Origin: an uncultured Gemmatimonadales bacterium
GTDB taxonomy: Bacteria; Gemmatimonadota; Gemmatimonadetes; Gemmatimonadales; GWC2-71-9
Assembly (NCBI GenBank): GCA_963730185.1
Contig: CAVSQW010000008.1
Span: forward strand, 96,001-160,000
Direction: 5' to 3'
DNA length: 64,000 nt
Positions 23,051 to 32,418 of the stretch are shown here, piece after piece. How positions within the stretch are numbered: the stretch's first letter is position 1; each line of letters begins with the position of its first letter. The notes beneath the pieces were generated by a model, which did not search any database, was not told where the DNA came from, and saw only the letters and a list, made by a program, of their open reading frames with translations. Made by a program: the position numbers and the translations under genes.

Positions 23051-23397
23051 CTCGGGCTGTTGCTCGGGCAGGTTCCCCACCAAACTGCTCGTCGTCCCGG
23101 GTCCTGAGTGAGGTCCGAGGTCACGGGCAATCCGGTCCGGGCCGCGACCCGGTTGGCGACCCCGGAACGATCGCATCATCCTTTCGAACTAGCTCCGAGC
23201 CCGCTCTATCGACGAATGGGTTCGCGGCCGCGCTCCGGGTACGTTACTCGGCAGGGTCATGATGGGAGTGGCCCCCGATGACCGCCGCACCGAGAGCGAG
23301 CGGGACGCCGGGGGCACTCAGCCAGGAGCGGATCACATGATGGACAGTGGCTGTGCCTGACGATGGCTACGTTCACCGCAGACGAAAGGTGGCACCA

Positions 23398-24069
23398 ATG
23401 ACGTTCAAGCCAGTTCACGGCCGGCTTCTGGCCATGGGCCTCGTTCTCCTGGCCGGTTGCTCCAAGGGCCAAGCGACGAAGAGCCCGGGCGATGCCGTCG
23501 AGGGGACGGGCGGTGCCGGTTCGGGCGCCGCACCGACGAGCTACACGCTCTCCGTAGGTACGCTGATCGACGCGGCGATCGCCAGCACCATCAGTTCGCG
23601 CAGCGCGAAGGCGGGCGACGCCTTCACGGCCACCGTGGTCCAGGACGTCAAGAGTTCGGGGGGCTCCGTGGTGATTCCGGCCGGTTCGACCGTGCAGGGG
23701 AGCATCCTGGACGTGCAAGCCGCCCCCAACAGCCGCTCTGCGGGCACCCTTACCCTGGCGGTGGTGAGCGTGACGGTGCACGGGAAGGCCTATGACCTCA
23801 ACGCCACGGTCGATTCCCTCGATACGATCAACAAGGGGCGTGGGATCGAGGCCGTGGACGTCGCCCGTTCGGCCGGTGGCGCGGCCGCGGGCGCGATCCT
23901 GGGAAAGGTCATCGGGAAGAACACCAAAGGGACACTGATCGGGGCCGTGATCGGCGCCGGGGCCGGCGCGGTCGTCTCCGAGGTCATGAAGGACGTCGAT
24001 ATCGTCCTGCCGGCCGGGTCCCGCCTGCTTCTGACGTTGCAGCAGCGGTTGACCGTGGCCGCCGAATGA
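23398..24069 (+). CDS. lipoprotein with glycine-zipper region
   Basis: LLAGC lipobox; GGAAAGAILG..GTLIGAVIGAGAG. Confidence 0.75.
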   Translation: MTFKPVHGRLLAMGLVLLAGCSKGQATKSPGDAVEGTGGAGSGAAPTSYTLSVGTLIDAAIASTISSRSAKAGDAFTATVVQDVKSSGGSVVIPAGSTVQGSILDVQAAPNSRSAGTLTLAVVSVTVHGKAYDLNATVDSLDTINKGRGIEAVDVARSAGGAAAGAILGKVIGKNTKGTLIGAVIGAGAGAVVSEVMKDVDIVLPAGSRLLLTLQQRLTVAAE

Positions 24070-24102
24070 CCGGCCGGTTACTTCACTGAGAGGAGAGGGA
24101 CT

Positions 24103-24252
24103 ATGCTCTGGACAATCGCCCTGATCCTGATCGTTCTGTGGGCCCTCGGTCTGGCCACGTCGTACACCATGGGCGGGTTCATTCACCTGCTCTTGGTCAT
24201 CGCGATCGTGGTGGTCCTGATTCGGGTCATTCAAGGCCGGAAGGTGCTGTAG
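24103..24252 (+). CDS. lmo0937-family small membrane protein (49 aa, below ORF-track cutoff)
   Basis: GAGGAGAGG RBS; MLWTIALILIVLWALGLATSYTMGGFIHLLLVIAIVVVLIRVIQGRKVL. Confidence 0.85.
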   Translation: MLWTIALILIVLWALGLATSYTMGGFIHLLLVIAIVVVLIRVIQGRKVL

Positions 24253-24289
24253 ACACGAGTCTCACGGGCCACTTACTGGAGGAGCCACC

Positions 24290-24664
24290 ATGTCGAAACG
24301 CCTCACGTCCTCGATCGTCGCCGCGGTTGCCGCCATCAGCCTTGCGGCCCCACTCCACGCCCAGGGTCGGACGGTCGTCGGCACCGCGGAGCTCGATGCG
24401 TCGGTCGCGGCCCGACCGGCGACCAGCCGGGAGACGGTACGCAACCTCCTTCTGACCGATCAGGCGCGGCAAGCGGCCAGCCGGATGGGCGTCAGCCCGT
24501 CGGACCTGTCGGCCCGGGTGGCCACCCTCGACTCGGCGACGCTGAACCGGATCGTCGAACGGACTGGGGCAAGTGACCCGGCCCTCGCAGGCGGCGCCAC
24601 GATCGTCATCGGGACGACGGTCCTGATCGTGGCCTTGCTGGTCGTCATCATCCTGCTTGCCTAG
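24290..24664 (+). CDS. PA2779-like small exported/membrane protein
   Basis: GGAGG RBS, signal peptide, MGVSPSDLSARVATL, LAGG and a hydrophobic C-terminal tail. Confidence 0.7.
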   Translation: MSKRLTSSIVAAVAAISLAAPLHAQGRTVVGTAELDASVAARPATSRETVRNLLLTDQARQAASRMGVSPSDLSARVATLDSATLNRIVERTGASDPALAGGATIVIGTTVLIVALLVVIILLA

Positions 24665-24838
24665 CGCACCCGTCCAGGCCGATTGGGTGCGGGTCATCCA
24701 GGCGGCGCTGGAGGTCCTCCGTCCATCGGGGCGGTGACCTTTGGCGCCCGACCCTGGTCTTTGAGGTTGGAGTACCCACCGCTGCTCGTGCCGCGATGAG
24801 ATCGCCAGCGGCGCTCGTCCCCAGGCGTCCCGAGGACT

Positions 24839-25030
24839 CTCTTCGGGAGCGCCTTCAACCGCGGATGAGACCTGCTCTCCGAGACCCGGTTCGCGCCGGA
24901 CGACTTTCGTGACATAACCCACCTCTGGTTCTCCCACGAGCACCCGGACCACTTCTCCCCGCCGGTGCTCGGCCGGATCCCCCGGGAGGTCGCTCAGGGG
25001 ATCACGGTGCTGTTCCAGGAGACTCGCGAC
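24839..25030 (+). pseudogene. MBL-fold metallo-hydrolase fragment with internal TGA
   Basis: LFGSAFNRG*DLLSET..THLWFSHEHPDHFSP; HxHxDH at 24935-24952, stop at 24866-24868, no start. Confidence 0.65.
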
Positions 25031-25261
25031 GTCGGGATCTCGGCGTGTTTTCTGGGTGGTCAACCGGGGGGATACGAGCTGACCCTCTCGAACGTGGTCC
25101 GGTCCGTCAGGGAGGTTGGTATGCAGCCGCGCCGGATTGGGTGCGGTTTAGCGAGGACGACATCTGGCAGCGCCCTGTCGGCCGCGACCGGGGGCCGTTC
25201 GGATCCGAGGAACACGAGGAAACGATTGCCCGGCTCCGTCGTGACGGTGCGGTCTGACGGG

Positions 25262-26698
25262 TCACCTCGACCCGCTATCGACCCGGACCTCCGCCGGCGG
25301 ACCGAGGGGGCCCGCGACGTCGAATCCGAAGAGATTCGGCTCCTGCCCGATCACCGCCGCCGCGATCACCCGGAGCACGTAGTTCTGGGTCTCCGCCGGG
25401 ACCCGGTCCCGGTGCCTGGCGAGCAGCGCCCAGTAGTTCCGGTCGACGGGCGACTCCGGCAGCGACCGAAGCAGCCCCCGGAGCCGAGTGTCCCCCATGT
25501 TGTACGACGCCAGCACCAGGAGGCCCGACGCCTGCGCATCGGTCGAGTAGAGGTCCTCCAGGTACCGCGCGGCCGCCTCGGTCGCCTTGGCCGGGTCATG
25601 ACGCTCGTCCTGGGGATCGAAGGTCCGCTCACCCTGCAGCGGACCGAGCCGGAGCCCATAGGCCTCGGCCGTCGACGGGATCAGCTGCCAGAGACCCTTC
25701 GGCACCCCGAAGCTCCCTGACGGCCCGACCGCCCGGGGGTCGAACTTGCTCTCCTGGAGCGCAATGTAGAAGAGCTCGCGGGGGAGGTGGTGCCGGCGGA
25801 AGATGTCGGTCACCAAGGGCCCGAGCCCGTCGGCCTCGGCCCGGGCGAAGGCGGTCTCGATATCGGCGCTCCGCCACTGCCTGATGGTTCGCTGGATCTC
25901 CCTGATGAAGCCGCTTGGCACCGTGGCCTCCGACTCGCCGAGCCGGTGGATCGTCCGGTAGATGAGTCGGACGCCGGCGGGGGTCCGATCGCTGTAGATG
26001 CCGAGCGTCTTGATCAGGTCGTCGTACTGGGCCGCGAGCCGGGCCCGGCGCTCCTGGATCGTTCGGTCGGGACCGGCGGTGGCTTCGAGGCGGCGGAAGT
26101 CGAGGTCGAGCGACTTCATGGTGGTGAAGATGGTGCCCGCGGTCGCCCGGAGGGCCCGAACCCGCCGCGCCTGCCAGACCGCCGCCGTCCCTGCCGCCGC
26201 GGCCGCCAGGACCGCGAGGACGACCACCACCCGCAGGGAGCGGATCCGTTGGCGCCACGAGCGCGTGGTATCGTCGTGGTGGGCGCGAAAGGCCGCCCGG
26301 ATCATCGCGGTTCGGCTCGACATGTTCTCGGGGTCGTCGTCCGAGAAGTAGCGCCCAGCGATGTCCGTGGCGAAGGCCAGTGGGGTCCACCCCTTGGTGG
26401 AGTGGCGCGGGATCGCGAGCCGGAGCTCAGGCCCCTCCGGCCCCAACCGAACGGCCAGGTGGCCCCGCACGGGGGCGCGGGTAACCCGCTCGCCACCGAC
26501 GAACGTGCCGTGCTCGCTGCCCAGGTCGACGATTTCCCAGTCCGTGCCCTCGCGGCGGAGCTCGAGGTGCTCGGCGCTCACTTGGTCGTGGTCGACCACG
26601 ACCCCATTGGAGGCGGCCCGGCCGACGCGCACCGTCTCGGTGAAACGGCGAACCTCGGGACTGGCGCTCGAGGCGACCTGGATCTCGTTGGACGACAT
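25262..26698 (-). CDS. FHA domain + TM + SLT lytic transglycosylase fusion
   Basis: VGRA..VSAEH..DLGSEHGTF (FHA); ALQESKF, GLWQLIPSTA, ASYNMG, ETQNYV (SLT, MltD-like). Confidence 0.85.
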   Translation of the reverse strand: MSSNEIQVASSASPEVRRFTETVRVGRAASNGVVVDHDQVSAEHLELRREGTDWEIVDLGSEHGTFVGGERVTRAPVRGHLAVRLGPEGPELRLAIPRHSTKGWTPLAFATDIAGRYFSDDDPENMSSRTAMIRAAFRAHHDDTTRSWRQRIRSLRVVVVLAVLAAAAAGTAAVWQARRVRALRATAGTIFTTMKSLDLDFRRLEATAGPDRTIQERRARLAAQYDDLIKTLGIYSDRTPAGVRLIYRTIHRLGESEATVPSGFIREIQRTIRQWRSADIETAFARAEADGLGPLVTDIFRRHHLPRELFYIALQESKFDPRAVGPSGSFGVPKGLWQLIPSTAEAYGLRLGPLQGERTFDPQDERHDPAKATEAAARYLEDLYSTDAQASGLLVLASYNMGDTRLRGLLRSLPESPVDRNYWALLARHRDRVPAETQNYVLRVIAAAVIGQEPNLFGFDVAGPLGPPAEVRVDSGSR

Positions 26699-26726
26699 GG
26701 GGTCCCGACCGTCGGGGCCGCTCCAG

Positions 26727-27158
26727 TCAGCGGGTGATCCGGATCACGGTGCCGTCCGAGTCGCCGTCGGGATCGTGGTTGGCCGACTTGTCGTATTCCA
26801 TGTCCTCACCTTCCACGGTTCGGATCCTGAGCACCATCTGGAGCCCCTGCTCGTTCGGGTATGCCTTCCGGGTCTGGAGGGTGCAGAACCCGTCGTGATC
26901 GGTCTCGCACCGGGCCGTCCCGGACACGCCGCCTGACCATAGGGCCTGCACCCGGGCGTGGTAGACGCCGCGGTGGTCCGGTCCGTGGACCCAGACGCCG
27001 ACCGTGGGGGTGATCGTGCCGCCTCCCGTGCTCGGATCGGTCTGGTCGTCGAGATCCCCGATGTGAACCGCGATGGCGTCCGAGGCCGGCGCCGGACGAA
27101 CGGTGGTACCGGTCATCAACGGCAGGGGCAGGAGCAGGGGCCAGAGGGATCGGAGCAT
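26727..27158 (-). CDS. hypothetical exported beta-rich (Ig-like) protein
   Basis: GGAAGGAAG RBS; signal peptide; Cys pair; HDPDGDSDGT tail. Confidence 0.65.
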   Translation of the reverse strand: MLRSLWPLLLPLPLMTGTTVRPAPASDAIAVHIGDLDDQTDPSTGGGTITPTVGVWVHGPDHRGVYHARVQALWSGGVSGTARCETDHDGFCTLQTRKAYPNEQGLQMVLRIRTVEGEDMEYDKSANHDPDGDSDGTVIRITR

Positions 27159-27440
27159 GGCGTCTTCCTTCCGGGCTCGGTCGGCCCGCGGCGGATGGGA
27201 TGTTCGAGAGGAGATTGGTCCGGCGTTCCTGCCAGGATAGCTCCGGGGCGTTCCCGGGGCCAGCCGGGGGCGCGCCCCTGGCGCGTCGGTTGGACCTCCC
27301 ACCGGCCGAGTCACCGGGCCGATCCAGGCAGCCCGTTGTCCACTGCCCTCGGTGAGACGCTTGCCCCCCGGCTCCGTGCTCCGATTGCGGGGCGGCACGC
27401 GAGCCCCCGCCTGAGTACGGACCAGCTCCGGAGGGAGGGC

Positions 27441-28163
27441 ATGATGAGCAGCGCCACCTGCACCGAGTCGTTCCAGGACGCCGGTGGGGGAGGGGTGCTG
27501 GGGCTGACGGTGACGCCCGATGCCGGCAGCACCCTCGTGTCCTGGTCCGGGTGCTCGGCCGCAGCCGGGGCTGGCTGTCAGCTCCGGTTCGACTACGGGC
27601 CCGATACGACGTTCAACGTGACCGTCACCCTGGAGGCGGCCTCGGGGCCGGTTCCCACCGGCGAGAATCTCCTGGTGGATCCCGACTTCGAGACGCTCCC
27701 TTACCACACCGGCACCTTGCCCGTGACCCCGAACGCCGTTGGCTTCTGGAAGGGCGACTCGGGCCAGGTGGTGAACGGGTCCGAGAACGGAATCAGGCCC
27801 GACAGCGGCTCCCGGATGCTGCGCTGCGACGCCACCGGTCCTTGGAGCGGCGCCGAAGGCTACACGGGCTGCGAGGCCTATCAGCTGCTCGACGTGAGCC
27901 TCTACTCGGAGCTGATCGACCAGGGGAGCTCGGCCGCACTGGCGACGGTCACGGTCAAGGTGAATCGGGTGCTCGGCGACGCCCAGACCGATCGCAAATT
28001 CAGCCTGGTGCTCTATGCCCTGGCGGAGCCGCCCTCGGCGGCACCCACCCCTCGCCAACGCGCTGGCTTCCTGGAACGTGGACCTGGTCACCGACGGCGA
28101 TCCACCGGAGAGTTCGACGGGCACTACTTCGACCATGCCTGGCTCAGCTTGATCGAACGGTGA
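27441..28163 (+). CDS. hypothetical protein or fragment with surface-repeat-like (TPDAGSTLVSWSGC) and CBM-like (NLLVDPDFE) segments
   Basis: GGAGGGAGG before ATG 27441; no signal peptide; end looks frameshifted or truncated. Confidence 0.5.
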   Translation: MMSSATCTESFQDAGGGGVLGLTVTPDAGSTLVSWSGCSAAAGAGCQLRFDYGPDTTFNVTVTLEAASGPVPTGENLLVDPDFETLPYHTGTLPVTPNAVGFWKGDSGQVVNGSENGIRPDSGSRMLRCDATGPWSGAEGYTGCEAYQLLDVSLYSELIDQGSSAALATVTVKVNRVLGDAQTDRKFSLVLYALAEPPSAAPTPRQRAGFLERGPGHRRRSTGEFDGHYFDHAWLSLIER

Positions 28164-28483
28164 CCCCGGCGCGGGTGGACCCCGGTCGGGGGCCAGGTGT
28201 GAGCTTCGATGGAGATGGCGTCCGCGATGCCGGCGTCGAGGGCTCGGCGGAGCAAGGTGACCGCGTCGTCGGGATGCCGGGCCCGATAGGCAACCACCCC
28301 GGCCTCGAGGAGGAGGAGGCGGCCGGCCGAGGGCTGCCGAGCCCGAGGAGCGAGGGCGGCCCAGGCGGAGTCGATCCGGCCGCGCTCGACCGCTCCCTCC
28401 ACCGCACGCTCCACCGCGGCGACGGTGTCGGGCGCGGGCGCAGGCGCGGCGACCTGGAGGGCGAGGAGGAGCACCGGGACCAT
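28144..28483 (-). CDS. short hypothetical protein or TPR-like fragment
   Basis: MVPVLLLALQVAAPAP signal followed by a helical segment; the 3' end is uncertain. Confidence 0.35.
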
Positions 28484-28666
28484 TGCCGAACGTATCCTCC
28501 GGACGGGTGGCCGGCCACGGGCACCATCGGCAGCCGGCCGCGATGCCCCCGGCCGCCAGGGCGGCAGCGGGGCCGAGACCGGTGAAACCGCGTGACCGCC
28601 GCGACGTTGGGAGAGAAGCCCGAGTCGCACCGCGGCTCTCGTCACTCCACCTTCGACCTCATCGTG

Positions 28667-30061
28667 ATGAATCCCATCCGCATGCCCCGCCGCCACCGCC
28701 GGATCAGGGCCGTCACCGGCTGGCTGACCGCCGCTCTGCTTGCCTGGGTCCCCGTCGTCCCGGCGCAGCAAGGGCCCTGGGACGTCGCCATCACCATCGA
28801 CGATGTCCCGATGACGGGTGGGGCGGGCTGTCGGCCCGACCAGATCGTGCGGGTGAACCAGGCGCTCCTCGACGCCTTTCGCGACCACGGCGTCCGCGCC
28901 ACGGCGTTCGTGATTCCGGGCACCCCCTGCCAGGGGCCGGGTGAGGCGTCGCCCCAGGCGCTGGTGGCTCGGTGGCGGGCCGCGGGGCACGACGTCGGCA
29001 ACCACAGCTACAGTCACCCGGACTACAACGGGCTCACCGTCGACCAGTACCTTGAGGACGCCGACCGGGCTCAACGGTTTCTGGAGCCGTTGCTGACGGC
29101 GGCCCGTCAGTCCGATCGCTGGTTTCGCCCGCCGCTCCTCCACACCGGGACGACCGCCGCCCGCCGGGACGCCCTGGACCGGTGGCTGGCTCGGCGTCAC
29201 ACCCGGATGGGCGTGGTCACGATCGACAACCAGGAGTGGGTCTACGCCGCGGCCTACGCGCGGGCGACGGCCCGGGGCGACGCCCCGCTGAGCGCGGCGC
29301 TGGTGGCGGCCTACGTCGACCATCTCCGCCGCTCGGTCGACTACTACCGGGATCTCTCGGCGAGGGTGTTTGGCCGCGACGTCGCGCAGGTGCTGCTGCT
29401 CCACGCCAATCTGCTGAATGGCGACCACATCGACCGGGTGCTCGACGCGCTGGAAGCGGCCGGCGCCCGGTTCGTCCCGCTCGGCGAGGCGGTGTCCGAC
29501 TCGGCCTACCGGCTGAAGGCGCCGTACCTCGGGCCCCGCGGGCTCTCGTGGCTCCAGCGCTGGGCGCTCGTCCGAGGGGTGACGCCGCCACCGGAGCCCC
29601 GGGAAGCCGACTGGGTCGGGTATGCCGCGAGCGCCGAGCCGGAGCTGCCGGCCGGGCTGGACTCGGTCCTGACCCGGGCGAACGACGATTTCAGCCGAGC
29701 CTGGGTGGCGGGAGAGGTGGCGAGGATCGTGGCGGCCTACAGCGACGATGCGGTGATCCATCCGCCGGCGGGCGGCGTGCTCGCGACCCCCGCGGCCGTC
29801 CGGGGCTTCTGGAGCGGGCTCCCGGATCGCCGGGGGCAGGGCGAGCACCGGCTCGAGCCGACCCTCCGCCGGCTCCTGGCCCCGACCACGGTGCTCGAGC
29901 TGGGCCGCTGGCACACCGGCGTGATCCGAAACGGCGCACTGGTCCGGGAGACCGGATGCTATACCCTGATCTGGCGGGAGACCGACGAGGGCCGGTGGCG
30001 GATCGGGTACGACGCGTGGTCCGCGCCGAACCCGGCGTCGTGGGCCTGCCGGCCCCGTTAG
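28667..30061 (+). CDS. polysaccharide deacetylase fused to a SnoaL/DUF4440-like domain
   Basis: ITIDD, GNHSYSH, FRPP, LLH (NodB motifs); C-terminal AYSDDAVIHPP..YTLIWRE..GRWRI. Confidence 0.85.
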   Translation: MNPIRMPRRHRRIRAVTGWLTAALLAWVPVVPAQQGPWDVAITIDDVPMTGGAGCRPDQIVRVNQALLDAFRDHGVRATAFVIPGTPCQGPGEASPQALVARWRAAGHDVGNHSYSHPDYNGLTVDQYLEDADRAQRFLEPLLTAARQSDRWFRPPLLHTGTTAARRDALDRWLARRHTRMGVVTIDNQEWVYAAAYARATARGDAPLSAALVAAYVDHLRRSVDYYRDLSARVFGRDVAQVLLLHANLLNGDHIDRVLDALEAAGARFVPLGEAVSDSAYRLKAPYLGPRGLSWLQRWALVRGVTPPPEPREADWVGYAASAEPELPAGLDSVLTRANDDFSRAWVAGEVARIVAAYSDDAVIHPPAGGVLATPAAVRGFWSGLPDRRGQGEHRLEPTLRRLLAPTTVLELGRWHTGVIRNGALVRETGCYTLIWRETDEGRWRIGYDAWSAPNPASWACRPR

Positions 30062-30190
30062 GCACCCGGTGGGGTCGGGGCCTGTTGCCCCGGCGCCCCG
30101 ATCGAACGACGGCGAGCAACCAGCGGTGGGCGTCGGCTCGCCCCGCCGGCCCGCCCCTGGCTAGCTTCGACCGACGCCAGCGAGGTTGCC

Positions 30191-31270
30191 ATGACCCTCT
30201 TCGGGGCCCTGCCGTCGGGCGAGCCCGTCCATCAGTTCACCCTCGTCAACCGCCACGGAGCCGAGCTCCGCGCGATTGACTACGGCGCCATCGTAGTGTC
30301 GCTCGCGACCCCTGACCGCGACGGCGTGCCGGGCGACATCGTGCTTGGTTTCGACTCCCTGGCCGGGTATCTCGGCGGGTCGTCCTACGTCGGCGCGGTC
30401 GTGGGCCGGTACGCGAATCGGATCGCCAACGGTCGGTTCACGCTGGACGGTACCACCTACCAGCTGCAGCCCAACAACGGACCGAACGCCCTGCACGGGG
30501 GGCCCGGCGGCTTCGACCGGCGGCTCTGGCGGGCCGAGCCCAAGGCGGATGCGACCGGGGCGGGCGTGGTGTTCCGCTACACCAGCCCCGACGGGGAGGA
30601 AGGCTACCCGGGCACCGTCGACGTCGAGGTGAGCTACACCCTCACGGAGCGGAGCGAGTGGATCGTCGACTACCGGGCCACGACCGATCGGCCGACCCCG
30701 ATCAACCTGACCCAGCACAGCTACTTCAACCTGGCCGGCCAAGCCTCGGGCGACGTGCTCCGGCAGGGTCGTGACGATCGATGCCGACCGCTACCTGCCG
30801 GTGGACCGGGCCCTGATCCCGGACCGGGGGCTTCCAGCCGGTGGCCGGGACGCCGTTCGATTTCACGTGAGGGTAGCGTGATCGGCGAGCGGATCGAGGA
30901 GCGAAACGAGCAGCTGGAGCTCGGCCGGGGGTACGACCACGCCTTCGTGCTGAACCGGCGCGGCCCCGGCCTGGCGCCCGCGGCCCGGGTGGAGGACCCG
31001 GCGAGCGGACGAACGCTCGAGGTGGAGACGACCGAGCCGGGGCTCCAGCTCTACACCGGCAACTTCCTGGCGGGCTCGCTGCCGGGCAAAGGTGGCCGGG
31101 TCTATCGGCCTCGGGACGGCTTCTGCCTCGAGACGGGACACTTTCCGGACTCCCCCAACCAGCCTGCCTTCCCGTCGACCATCCTCCGCCCCGGCCGGAC
31201 CTTCCGGAGCCGCACCGTCTACCGATTCGGGGTCGCCGGGACGGATACCTCGCCGAAGACGGCGGGCTAG
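30191..31270 (+). CDS. galM: aldose 1-epimerase (compensating frameshifts about 30765-30865)
   Basis: GRYANRI, LHGG, NLTQHSYFNL, GYDH, QLYTGN, FCLET. Confidence 0.9.
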   Translation: MTLFGALPSGEPVHQFTLVNRHGAELRAIDYGAIVVSLATPDRDGVPGDIVLGFDSLAGYLGGSSYVGAVVGRYANRIANGRFTLDGTTYQLQPNNGPNALHGGPGGFDRRLWRAEPKADATGAGVVFRYTSPDGEEGYPGTVDVEVSYTLTERSEWIVDYRATTDRPTPINLTQHSYFNLAGQASGDVLRQGRDDRCRPLPAGGPGPDPGPGASSRWPGRRSISREGSVIGERIEERNEQLELGRGYDHAFVLNRRGPGLAPAARVEDPASGRTLEVETTEPGLQLYTGNFLAGSLPGKGGRVYRPRDGFCLETGHFPDSPNQPAFPSTILRPGRTFRSRTVYRFGVAGTDTSPKTAG

Positions 31271-32353
31271 GATCCTCGGGCGGCCAGCTCCAGCAGCTCC
31301 GGCGCGAGCTGAAAGTGATCGGCGCCCACTCCCTGGTTCATCACGACCACGACCGTGATCCCGGTGTCCGGGTCGAAGAGCAGCAGACTGCTGCCGAACT
31401 GCGAGCCGCCGCTGTGCCCGTACTGGGTCCGGCCGAGGTAGTGATAGCTCCGGATGCCGAGTCCGGCCCCGGACTCGCCGGGGATGTTGCCGGCCGCCGG
31501 GACGAGGGTTCGCATCGCGGCCTCCGAGGCCGGCGTCAGGACCGAGCCCGCGAACAGCGCCCGACCCCATCGGGCGATGTCCCGCGCCGTCGCCAGCATC
31601 CCGAAGGCCGTATTGGCGCCGGTCAGGATCGCGGGATAGTCGAGGGGGTCGACCACGCCGAACGTCGTCGACGCGGTCGCTACCGGTCCAGGAGGAGTGG
31701 TGGTGGTCGGAAACCAGACCTCGGTCAGGCCGACCTCGTGCCAGAGCTCGTCGTAGAGCGCCTCGATCGGCCGGCCGGCGGCGCGCTCCGCGACGAGGCC
31801 GAGCAGGATGAACCCGGTGTTGGAGTAGCGGGTCTCCTCGCCGGGCGGGAAGTCCGGTGGCCCGACGAAGGTCAGGATCTCGTCCCGGGTAAAGCGGTGG
31901 CCGAGATCGGCCCCGACCGCGGCCTGGAAGGCGGGGTTGGCGGTGTAGTTCGCGACCCCGCTGGTGTGGTTGAGCAGCTGCCGGACGGTGATCCCGGGGT
32001 CGATGTTGGGGTGCGGCTCGATCCAACGGGCGATCGCGTCGTCGAGCGAGAGCCCGCCCGACTCGGCCAGCCGGAGCACGAGGGCGCCGGTCATGGTCTT
32101 GGTGATGCTCGCGATCGCCATCAGGTGCTCGGGGCGGAGAGCCTCCGCGCCCGCCTGGCCCGCGGTGCCCGACCACTGGGTGCCGTCGGCCAGAACGATC
32201 GAGGCGCTGACCCCGTAGTGGCTCGACCCGCCGGCCCACCGATCGAGCGCCGCTTGGAACGCCGCCGGCCCCGCCGGCGCCACCGGGGGAGGCAGCGAAC
32301 AGCCGGGGGAAGCAAGCCACGCCGAGGAGGAGCAGGTGTTGGGCTCGGGGCAT
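31267..32353 (-). CDS. serine hydrolase / D-Ala-D-Ala peptidase-like (frameshift in signal region)
   Basis: SITK, LLNHTSG, YSN, HSG. Confidence 0.85.
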
Positions 32354-32418
32354 GGTGAACGATAATCGCCGGCCAGGGGGCCGGGGGATCAGGCCGGTGT
32401 GAGGACGCCCGGTGGGCG

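Noticed and set aside
24866..24868. Selenocysteine or recoded TGA
   Set aside because: The position fits Trp, the fragment has no start, and TGA is a normal stop throughout the window.
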